Source: Gonapodya sp. JEL0774 (lineage: Eukaryota). Taken from it: a DNA stretch of 64,000 bases. The position numbers were made by a program, and so were the translations under genes. The notes below the pieces were generated by a model. That model ran no database searches and was not told the DNA's origin. It was given only the letters and a program-made list of their open reading frames with translations. Of this stretch, positions 43,201 through 53,932 are shown piece by piece; positions within the stretch are counted from its first letter, which is position 1; each line of letters opens with the position of its first letter. The stretch spans positions 1 to 64,000 of the forward strand of contig JADIIX010000094.1 of NCBI GenBank assembly GCA_027604505.1. The letters run 5' to 3'.

Positions 43201-43579
43201 GAAAAGTCGTTTCAGCTGCAAATGGGGAGAAGGGGTCTTCTAGAGGAGGTTCGGTCTGGGAGTGCGATCGCCGGAGTGCGGAAAATGCAGCGGCAGAGGT
43301 GGTGGTAGATATGGATGAAGAGGATGAGGGTCGGTGTGACCTGACGGTGTTGCTGGGTGCATAAAGCGCCAGTCCGGCATCTTGCGAGTGGCTGCCACGG
43401 TCACCGGTTCTAGTGATTCCGCTCCGATCGTCCGAAACGTCATCAAGACTGGTCAAGTTTGCGGACGACATTGCGCGTCTCTTCCTCTGGAGCATTTTGA
43501 GCGACGCCAAGTCACGAGGTCGCTTCCTGGCACCCGAGGCGGGAACGAAGCTCGACACGGGATTCGGCTGACTCGACAT
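40248..43579 (-). CDS. DONSON: DONSON (downstream neighbor of SON) replisome assembly factor homolog
   Basis: Disordered N-terminus, then DWRDAWSSAVGGVRHG...CYYLNGEFGVVVR, AVVGRSSRGLRAAMRREG|IPFHPL, VHSLFDFLL, PRISCAHPFLNASL and GWIPP. Confidence 0.8.
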
Positions 43580-43849
43580 GTAAGGAAGTCGATCTTTTTA
43601 TCGCTGCAGCCGGTAGGTGGGAAACGTGAGGTCGTGGGCCGGTGGGAGAGTCTGGGAGATTAACGACACAACTTTAACCGTGCCATGAGCGGCAGGTTCT
43701 GGTTTCGGTACTCGGGTTTCTCCTCCCACCCCAGTTGTAGCTTTGAAGTAACTCGATATTTACATTGTAAAGTCTCTCAAATCGCTCTGTTGCCTAAACC
43801 TGGATTGGAAAGACAATTACAGTTGTGCAATGTAAAATACCCCCAAAAT

Positions 43850-44149
43850 CTAGTCAGAACTTTGTGCCTCAGAGCTACATCAGCCCAGACGAACCCTGAA
43901 CCAGGTCCCGACCTGGAGGTGGAAGGCCCAATGTAAACTCCTCCCCTTGCGAGGATAAAGACCGTGAATGACAGCGGGAATCTCAAACAATGAGACAAGT
44001 GGATGGTGAAAAGAACAAAGGAATTTCGAGGCTAGAGTTTGGATCAAAAAGTTTTTGAGACATCAGAGAGTTCACTCTCCACCAAAAATGTAACGGAATT
44101 AACACTCTCTGCTCTGTGCAAAAGTACACTCACAGATATGCAGAGGTGT
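43850..44149 (-). ncRNA. Candidate Fanzor omegaRNA scaffold (structured 3' region)
   Basis: Directly downstream of the Fanzor stop: long hairpin 44101-44150, hairpin 44066-44079, GCAA-tetraloop hairpin 43942-43955, and hairpin 43901-43916 nested in the 43872-43880/43931-43940 stem. Ends not defined. Confidence 0.55.
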
Positions 44150-47100
44150 TTAGCGGCGGAAGAGTCCAGGGCGAGTGATATCACTGGTTGCGTTGGCCTG
44201 AAAGAACAGGTAAAGGATGTTTCGGGCAGCATTCCTGTCTCTATTCCAAGTGATTCCACACTGAGCATTGCCGCAAGATCTGGAGAGAGGTCAAACAAAC
44301 AAAGTCAATTGCTGATGATGGTATCATAATTGCACACTTTGATGCCAAGATCACAAGAATAAACTCACCTGACTCCCCAGTGTCTTTGCTTTGTGCCTTC
44401 TTCCTTGGGGAAAAAGGTCTGGCATCTGGAGCATATACGAGAGGTACAAAACTCATCAATGAGCACAACTGTAATGCCACACATGGCGAAGAAGCGCTTA
44501 ATCATTTTATTTGGTGATGATTTATGGCCTCTGCTAGCCTATTAACCAAAGCATTCAAGCTCCGTGAGAACAAGTTAGTCTTCTATATGCTAATCATTGT
44601 AAACTCACATGGTTAAATTCAGCTGCACCCCAAGCAACAATGCATGTTGATGGGGCCCGTCCTCTAAGAAATTTTTGCACTAAAAGATGCAGTGCACGCT
44701 GTTGACCTGACTTTGATTTGAGTCGTAGACTGTAAAATGAGAGAGATCAGCAGGAGGAAGGAGAACATTGAATGCAGTGAGCATGGTGCTTATGCCAATG
44801 AATGAATCGGGGTGGAAGTAGGGGGGGAAGGAGGTTAAGGAGGTTGGAGGTGGGGAAACTTACCAGCGCCAGCGAGGTGACTCATAGAATTTGAGGATAT
44901 ATGTTAGCCATCGGAGACGGAACTCCAAGTCAAGAAGTAGGGCTGGATGGTCCACAGTCTTGTTTGTGTGCACCCTTGAGTTGAAGTTTCGGATCCGTGC
45001 ATTTGTACTCTGCCACTTTTCACGGTATTTCCTAGAGTGCAAAAGTAAAAAAAAAGTTGGGTAATGGGTATGGATCACAGAGATTTGTTGCCAGGATTTG
45101 CATGGTAGGGAGAGATGATGGGGTGCAGTGGATCAAAAGGACAGGAAACATCCACAATAATGGTCGTAGTTTCATAAAAGAGCCACAGTTTTATGAGGAA
45201 GTTGGCTTCATTTTGGATGCAATTCTCAGGCAGCACTCACTTTTGCCAATCAAATCCAGCACGATGGTAATACTCTTTTGTACTGAATCCCCGGTCATAA
45301 TCTGGATGATAATTGTTGAAATTACGTGGGTCGAGGGGTGGGCGAGGGATGCCAACCATGGGTACATCCACACACGCATGATATGTTGTGTGCACCCGAC
45401 CTGGGTCACAAGAAGCGACAAGCTTGCCCCGCAGATCCCTATCAGCAACATCCTTCTCAAGCCACTTTTCCAAATCTAATGGCTCCCCACTACTTGTTGG
45501 CTTCCTCATAGATATCCGAGTTCCAATGCCGTCGGTTCGGAAACTAGGTGATGTAATAAGCAAAAGAGCAATATCATTTGTGATGTGATAGTGAGTGAAT
45601 TAAGTGGGAACCATGCGAATCAAAGCAAATTGGAAGAAAATGCACCTACAACCAAATTTGTGGGTCTGTGCAACATTACTTTCAAATTTGGGAAAGTTGG
45701 TCACCAGCCGCCAAAAGTCCACCGCCTCGGCAGGAGACAGATCCTCAAGTCGGGGAAGTGGAAAGTTGCGGATGGCATTGCTCAGAGGTGCTGGTAAGTT
45801 TTGATGGTTCAGCATTGTCTTGGAAAGAGCAAAGAGCTCAAAGAGTCCTGCAGTGGAGAAAAGGACCATATTCATCTGTGTGGATCCATGTGGCGCCATT
45901 GAAAAGTGGCGGAAAAGGCCCTTCACATCCTGCTGAGAGTCTAAACCACTTTGAATGTGGTAAAGGAGTGGGACCCATTGGTGCCATTGCACCCTCCGCA
46001 TTGCAGGTTTCAAATCCCTATCATGACACATCTCCTTGATGTACCAGTAAACATCTTGCAGAATTTTGGTGACACTTTCACGTAGGGTATTGTGATTAAA
46101 TGCTTGTCGCTGCTCAGCCTTGTCAAGGTATGCAAGCATGGTGTTTGAGAGTGAGAAAGCATTCCCTGATAGTGAAATAAAACGAAGGACGTGTGAATTG
46201 TTTGTCAAATATCCATTGAGCACCCTTGAGAAACACCACTCACCCTTGTATAGCAATCCATAGATGTGCCCTGCAACACCCTGTGCTGTTCTCTTGCTGA
46301 AAGTAACTTTCTGTCTCCCATTCCCCCCATTCAAAGGCTGAAGCCCATTCCATATTCGCCGTTTCAGATCCTGTTTAATCCTATTAGGAATGTTCTCAGA
46401 GATCATTATCCGAAAGTTCACATCCATTTCATTTGCAACGGCAGCAAGGATTGCAGTCAAGCCTGTTTTTGTATGGATAATCAGGACAGTAAAAATGAAA
46501 AATGAAACCAATCAGATTAGATTTCATCATTGCATGGATAAACTTGGCAGGGAAAACTTACCTTCTGACCTTGCAAAAGGCTCAGCAGGGCGATATGGGT
46601 AGTAATGAAGCCGGGCATACAGGGATAATTGTGGGTTGTTGTTCACTGACTTTGGTGCCATGTGGTTCTCAGGCCTCCAGCTGACTGCCTGCAAGCACTG
46701 ACCCAGGAGGGTGACACCAAGCTGTGCAAATGTCATTTCAAGGCATTAAAAATGAGTGCATGATCATAAAAGTACCTCTTGTACTTCTCAATGAGGTTTC
46801 AAAACTCACAGGGACACTAAAAGTTGGTAAATCTCTCGCTGCATATGGGTAAGCAGGGCGGCCACGTCCCATCTTGAACTGAAATCGGACCCAATCCTGA
46901 AGTGGATTGAACCTCGCAGGATGAGCTGGTGCATTAACCAGTGGGCAGATAGGCACAGGGGGAGGTCTTTTGGGGAGCTGTGGCTCATCTGCAGCCACAA
47001 GTGCAGGTGCAGGTAGAACCTGTGCTGCAAGCCATGCCATGTACCATTGCTCATTCTGGGTGACAAACATATCCCATTCAGTGTCCTGGAGATCACTAGC

Positions 47101-47647
47101 TCTCTTGTATTCTTCACCAAGCTTGAAAGTGATGTAGTTGTTGTGAAGAAGGAAACTTTCACACCGAAGCCTGGTAACCTGATCAAAAAGACCAAGAGGA
47201 GAAATGGAGAAAGTGAGCAAGAGAGAGACAGAGCTTATAAATGTTTTTGAACTTACATTTGCCGAGACATAAGTGGCATCCCTTTCGATGTAATGATATG
47301 CATCCTTGAAGAACTTGCGGAAACCACAGGGAATTGTGAAGGCTGAACCCTGTGTGCCATCGGGGTACTGAACATTCGCCCTCATGTACATGTTTCGGCC
47401 AAACTCGTTGTCATCATTTAAACCTTTCCAGAGGTGTCACCACCAAACCAAAATTGAGTGAGACTCAACCTTTTTCGAGCTCAATAATTGGCTATTCCGT
47501 TGAAAACTCACCAGCTTGAGCAGCTGCAGCTGCTTCCTGAGGTATTTGTCCCTGCGGAGCGGGTGGGGGGGGGGCAATCTGCTGGGGTGGAGCCTGTCGT
47601 GGTGCCCCATGGCGTCTTCCTCTGCCTCCACGAGGTGGCATGTCCAT
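44150..47647 (-). CDS. Fanzor1 (eukaryotic TnpB/IS200-IS605 OrfB-like RNA-guided RuvC endonuclease), 11 exons, about 820 aa
   Basis: Exons 47647-47512, 47423-47257, 47178-46810, 46721-46562, 46462-46244, 46165-45646, 45543-45241, 45031-44864, 44729-44609, 44538-44369 and 44279-44150 total 2463 nt and are open throughout. Motifs: FSMAP, FRTDG, RuvC-I VASCDPG, STKEYY, IVAWGAAEF, RuvC-II VVLIDEFCTSRICSRC, CGNAQC, RuvC-III WNRDRNAARNI, and C-terminal RPGLFRR*. Confidence 0.93.
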
Positions 47648-47769
47648 TGGAGGTGGGTCAAAGAGGGATGGGGTACAAGCTGGGGGAAACAGAGAAGGTG
47701 TATGTGCAGGTAGTGGTGGATCTGAGGGCTGCGATGGTGTGATCGGCAGGTCAGAGTAAAAGAGAGAAT

Positions 47770-48500
47770 CTAAAAAAGCAGTAATGCAAGGCATTGTAAG
47801 CATTTACATATCACATTCTGTGTGGTACATAGATTCAAAGTGGTACAAATACCATCTAGCTCCAGAAATGGGTTGATGCATTCACTGCTTTCCCTGCGAT
47901 TTTTGTCTTCCAGGTAGTCTGTCCAGAACTGAGTTCTCCTTTTGCGCACCTAGATAGTAGCAACATAAGATGACTCTTTTTGAACCAGTGCAAAGTGTGA
48001 TATGCAAACACTAACCTTTCTCCGAGAAGATGATGCGGTGCGAGTAAAATTGCACAGAGGACCTTTGACATCTGCAACATGCCCCCACCAACCACATACA
48101 ATACACATAGGTGGTATTGGTGAGGTGGGTAGCTGCTGGCAGTACTTTTGCTTCTTGATGCATCGCTTCCTCATCTTTTGTCTGGTTCCCCGCTTTGCAG
48201 GTGGACCATCGGCAGATACAATAGGGAAGGAATACTCCATACCGAAGCTTTCAAAGTAGGCCCACAGCTCCTCCTTGCTCATTTTGTCCCTTTCAGCTTC
48301 TGAGACTTGTCTTGCTCTTTGCCTCAGTCGCTGTTGTTGTCGCCGCGCTGTGTTCGGTGACGGGGAAACTCTCTTTGTCCTGGCATTTCGCGCTGCCTTT
48401 TGAGCAGCTTTCACCCCCAGAACCTGATTGTGACTTGGGGGAGTTGATGCACTGCATACTGCACGTGGGGGTGGTTCACCCATTGTGAAAGATGACATCA
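47770..48500 (-). CDS. Small basic protein with a Zn-knuckle-like motif
   Basis: Arg/Lys-rich ORF containing CIVCGWWGHVADVKGPLC (CX2CX4HX8C), with a probable intron after SSRRK. Boundaries approximate. Confidence 0.45.
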
Positions 48501-49037
48501 CACAATGAGAAGTCACACTGGGAGGGACACGCTGCCCGAGCGTGGGAGGAGGCTGGCGCAAGTGTTGGCAATGGCCAGCCACCGCAAGCGTTGAAGATGG
48601 ATCAAGCAAGCGTCAGTCAATGGGCACCTCAATGAGCTTGAGTCAGGAGCTCCTGCAGCCCCACCGCCATGTGATAATTGTTTAATATACAACGAGCTCG
48701 AGAACCCCAAAAACATGTGATACTGACTATATGCCCAAAGTTTTGTTTGGTCGCTTTCAAGCATCTCTGTTTTTGAGGGTGGTGTTACATAGTATCACCA
48801 CACATACATTGATGCAGATTTTATGCCGAACTCTTTCGAACTCTAACACTGATTCTTCTGATATTTTTTGATTGTTTCACTTCACTGGCTGTACATTGAA
48901 ATCGCCTTGGAAAAGACCCAGAAAGTGGAGCTCATCATGGGAGCAAGTCGCCAGGCTGATAACTCATTCATTGACCCTTAGATCCTCCACACAGATTGCT
49001 ACATTGACAACCACGACTATGGCAACACGCGGGACTG

Positions 49038-49730
49038 GTGGACGGTAGTTCTGTGAGTACTGCCCCTCGCCAAAGCCTTCCCCCACTCCCCCCCACCCTA
49101 CAGGTGCCAGAATCAAAATCCACCATCAAACTCGTTGTATCAACCATGAAATCCAAAATGACTGGTCAAATCGCAGTTTGGATGGTAAAAGCGATGGGTG
49201 CATCGGTGTTGGAGTTGTGGAAGGCGCGGGATGGCAGAATTCTTGTGGTGTTGAGGGTGGCAAGAGAGTCGCAATCGTTGAAGGAATGGCAGGCGGTCCG
49301 AACGGATGGAAGCTCTGTATACAAATTTCTGAGGGACTTTTCGGCGAAATGGAAGGAGCATTCGGCGATGGGCGGGACGATGAGACCAAAATCCATCGTT
49401 GTAAAGTTCCTGGATTTCATCAACGACGAATCTAAAACGATATTCTCATACGACATATCGAATGAAATCAACGATATTGTAACAGCAATGACGAGTGACG
49501 AAACGTGGAAAGAAGCTCTCAAGCTCTGATGGAGCTTGGCGGATAATGCCATGACGAAACGCCCCCCCCAGCACCGAATCCTCGTCGTCCAGGACCTTTT
49601 CACTTGTTACAACTGCAATAGGAACGGTCACATGTTGCGCAAGTGTAAAGGGCCATGAGGAGCGTGCGGGACCGGTCTAGGGGAGGGAGTCCACAGTCCG
49701 TTTGGCGAAGAAAGAGAATGCGGCGGTTAA
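49038..49730 (+). pseudogene. Degenerate retrotransposon gag-like remnant with CCHC zinc knuckle
   Basis: ORF 49038-49529 continues in frame past a TGA into CYNCNRNGHMLRKC (49605-49646, CX2CX4HX4C), followed by a second TGA. No pol seen. Confidence 0.6.
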
Positions 49731-50040
49731 CACAGTAGCCGCGGCAAAGAAGAAAAACAATACAAAATATAAAGGGAATTGATGTGTGACGTTTAAGAAC
49801 AGTTCAAATGTACCTCAGGGAGATGTTTCAGAACACATGTCCAATAGCGAACCCTTCACCAATCACACATCAAATTAAACACATGTTATTGATAGAAAAA
49901 CATACTTATACGCCTTTCTACTCAGATCTATCTCAAAATGTCACACCCATGACCCACTCCTTCAAGCTCAACCCATAATCTCCCCGGACCCTGTCCATTG
50001 CCGCATCACTTGCACTCCTGCTTCCAGTGCATCAGCAAGA

Positions 50041-53000
50041 TTACTCACTTGAAGAAGGATAGTCTGAACTGTCTGTTGAAGTTTCATCAGTTGACTTGTT
50101 GCTGCTGCTGTCCCCACTTTCCTCATCCTCTTCATCAGTCTCTTCTTCCTCTCTCCTCTCCTCCTTGTCACGAAAATCTTTCCACCACTCACCACCTTGT
50201 CTCTGCAAGTCCTCGATTGTTAACCCTCCAAGTCCGTGTCCATGCACAACACAATTGTTGCAGGTTGGGGAACGGAAGTTCCATGTCACAATCATCCCTT
50301 GGCGGATGTGATCCCTCCATGCCTGCTTCACTGAGAGAGTCACAATGGCTACAAATCCTCCTTCAATTGAGCTCACAACCTTCTTGACTTGAATCTGTGC
50401 AGAGAATCACCAAGTTTGTTGCAATTGTGACAGATCAGTTTGTTTTCCACATTGTGCCAACTTCAAAACATACTGCCATGCACACTCACCTCACACATGG
50501 CATGATCTTCACATGATTGGCTGGCGAGACCAATTAACCCAAACGCAAGGGCGAATTCATATTGTGGTGTGGGGACACCCTGATCCTGGCATGTCCAGCT
50601 CATCCATCGGTGATGCTGACTAGGTACACAATCAACATCCTTCTCAATGAAGAAGACAGCGGGAGCTTGTGTCACTTCCCAATTGCTCCTAGCTATTGCA
50701 TCAATGTTGCCGATTCGCAATCTGCAGCGACTTCCACAGGGGTCATGGTTCATCTGTGCATCACCAAGCTGTCCATTGTCAAAAACATCCACCACTACCC
50801 TCCTCTGCAAGGCCCTCAACTCGACCTCCATATCCATCACTGTGACTTCCAAAGGCCTTGCGATGAATTGTAGCGATGCTTGTGGCCCGTAATGAGAGGC
50901 AAACTGAGCAACTGCCATGTAGTCCATACGACAGTGTTGTGTCACCTCTCCTGGAAAGCTGGCAGGATCAACTATCAGGTTCCACATGCCTGCCTGCTCC
51001 TGCATGTCCCTTTGCTCAAGTTCAAGGTATGGGTAGATGGGACTGGTTGTTCCACAGTCAGAGGCTCGCAGTTGATGATTAATCAAACCATCACTGAGAC
51101 GGCAAAGCACCGCTGCAATCACTGACACGCTTGGGCTAACCATGGTATACAGTTGGAAGAAACAAAGGTAAAGAATTAAATAGAAAGCGATTAAATTGCT
51201 GTGCTCTCAGTGTGGATTACTTAGTAAAAAGCACGCACTAGGAGCACTCACCGATTGTGCACAGCGAGAAACTGCTGATTCAGTTCCTCTCGGTATAGTT
51301 TGAAATCCTTCACATACAGGTTAAAGAGGGCCTTGATGTAATCATCCTCCACAAACCCTTGTCCACGGAACTCATCCCACAGTTTGTGGATAGAACCTTC
51401 AAAGTCAGCCCCAGAGCGGAATGTTGCGTTGGCTGTGGCGCAAACTGTAGCTCTAAAGTGTAGGAGGAGTAGGATCAACTTTTCGCAGTCTGGATCAGGT
51501 ATACGATTTTCCTGCCTGGTCGAATGGGAATGTGAGTGGGGATGAACCAGTGATAATTGCAAGGTTGAAGACTCCATCAATGCAGAAAATACAATGCTGC
51601 ACTCACCTGGCCAGAGAACGCACCCCTTCCAAAATATGGAACCATGCTTCCGCCAGATACGCTACATGCGATGACGACCTGCTGTAACGTTCAATCGAGA
51701 GTACTTCCTTGGGCCAGTTCTCCTCCACACGCACACCCGCTTTACCCTTTCCCCTAGCAGGTGCCATGACTGTCTCTGTAGCTACGACAGCGGCATCTGC
51801 AACAGGGGGGGCGTCCTTCCGAGGCGCGCACTGGGAAACATGGGTTGTGAGTGGTTGTCGCAGGGCGTTCTGTCGATGGTGAATTATGAGCACACACGAA
51901 TCATGAGAGGCTCGCTTCCATGATATGTTTTGAGACCCCAGTACCAGTTCTCACCTTTTCGCTGTTTGCACGTTTCATCTTCTTCCTCTTCCGCTTTGGA
52001 GTACTCTTCACCGTTCCAACAGCCGCAATGACACTTGCCGCTCCCTCTTGCGTGGTTGTCTTGGTGCTACTTCTCAGAACTCTCCTATTAGAAGCTTTCG
52101 ATGAACTCAATTCTGTATCCAATAGAGATGCAGATTGCTCTCACGTGGGTTCAGTTTCTGCAAGTGCTGCCACCAAGCCTGCACTGGGCTCAGTCCTTGA
52201 CTCTTGCGCGGGCGGTGCGAGGTGGGGGGACGGCGATCGTGGTAGAGTTTGATCGTGAAGGCCAGACTGCCCAAGTGCCGTTGGTGGTGGCTGTTTGCTG
52301 GAAGATGAAGTCTGCGTTGAAGTTGATGTAGGTGGTGCAAGGAACTTGACCGATGGTGGAGATTGAGGTTCAAGCACCTGATTACCCAGATCGGTCTCGG
52401 TCTCGGGTGCGGCAGCTACAGGAAATGGCTGGGCTGGTGTGGCCATTACGGTGGGAGTGTCCACATTGGCTGTTGTCTCCACAGGTTGAGCGTCCTTGCC
52501 TTTCGACCTTTCTTCTGTCGAGCAGTCCATGTTGTCAGAAGGGTTGGAAGCTTGTGTCTCATTTACCTTGTGCGCAAGGAAAAGAGATTCCAATGAGTTC
52601 AGTGTGACCAATGTGTGCACGAGTAGGAAACTCCTGACAGAAGTCACCTTTGGTGAAATAACTGGGTTCTCCTTCTGCACATTGCTGTTAATCAGCACCA
52701 CGGTGGTCCTCGCGTCCTGGAGCCGGGCTGCTTGTTCAGCATGAGCTTGAATCGCATTGCCGTCCTCGTCCGATATCACCATCGGATCAAATAGAGAATC
52801 GACGTCAATAGGTTGATGTGGCAGATCTTGCGGTGTCGAGATTGAGGGAGCTTTGGGAGCTCTTGGGGGTGCAGATGACAAACCACCTCCTTGAGACCGA
52901 CATGTTTTTGTGATTCGAGGCACTGCACTACCCAGCTTCCTCGTCTCTTCCACTATCTGCATCATTTCCACTTCCCTCTGCAAGACAGGTGCTGCATCCT

Positions 53001-53730
53001 CTGGGGTCAGATAACCATGCTTTGCGAGACGAATTAGCAATGGATCTCCACCCTTCGACACCACACGTGCCATTTTTGCAATGTCCCCCGACGTGTACAT
53101 TGGCTTCTTGAGAATAACATACGAGATGTACTTCAATCCAACCTGACACAACCTCTCCAGTGCTGTCACTTGCACACCGTAGATTATTGTTCCCTCTGTG
53201 GTTCCAGACAATGCTCCCCTCCAGACATTCTCCAGTATATTGGTGACAAGATTGCGCAGACCCTTTTCAGGCCGTGGGTCCTTCTGATTACCCTTGGAAA
53301 CAATCACCTTGGTACCGTCAAGATGACAGTCTCCCGGGAACAGCATCTTCCTCAGCAGATCGTACGTCCCTATAGATGTCCATGATTCTGTGCGATAGTC
53401 TTTGTTGATTCGCTTGTCATTGTATTTGAACGGTACGATCTTCAATGACGTATTCTTTGCGTTGTAGTTTGCCACCCAGGTGTCATATGTTTTGAAATCA
53501 ACGATATGTCTATCCTTCTGAGCTTGAAACGCCAATCCAGACAGGATCAGAAATTCCGTTGCAGCGTTGAAACTGAGGAGGTCATTGACAGCAACCATCA
53601 TGCTGTTCGCGTTTCGAAGACGTTGCTCTCTCGCCAACATGTACTGTTGGACTATTTCCGGTGCTAGGAGAAAAGAGCCAGGGAGGCTTTGATTGTTCGA
53701 TGGCAAACGGACGGACATCTTGTCGCTCAT
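50041..53730 (-). CDS. Large multi-exon hypothetical protein (about 1000 aa) with disordered linker, NLS, degenerate SET-like C-terminal region and acidic tail
   Basis: Minus-strand ORFs join by GT-AG introns (for example a short intron at about 52145-52087). NLS PKRKRKK. C-terminus GLIGLASQSCEDHAMCE|...RDHIRQGMIVTWNF...CNNC. Confidence 0.55.
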
Positions 53731-53932
53731 GCTATGACGAGGTGGGAGTTCAGATGGGAAATTAGGGCAACAACACTCGAGCAGGTGATCCCTCCTCATC
53801 GCCTCCACAACCCCCCTCCCCGATCCCTCCGCCCCATCAACACACAATCGGCAATTGAGATAGTATTACTGATAATTCAATGTTTATTGACATGAAGCTG
53901 TACAAAGTCTACGGTGCCACTGCCACCCACCC

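Noticed and set aside
43845..43880. CTAG as a Helitron 3' end
   Set aside because: No tight GC-rich hairpin at the expected distance, not followed by T, and no Rep/helicase in the window.
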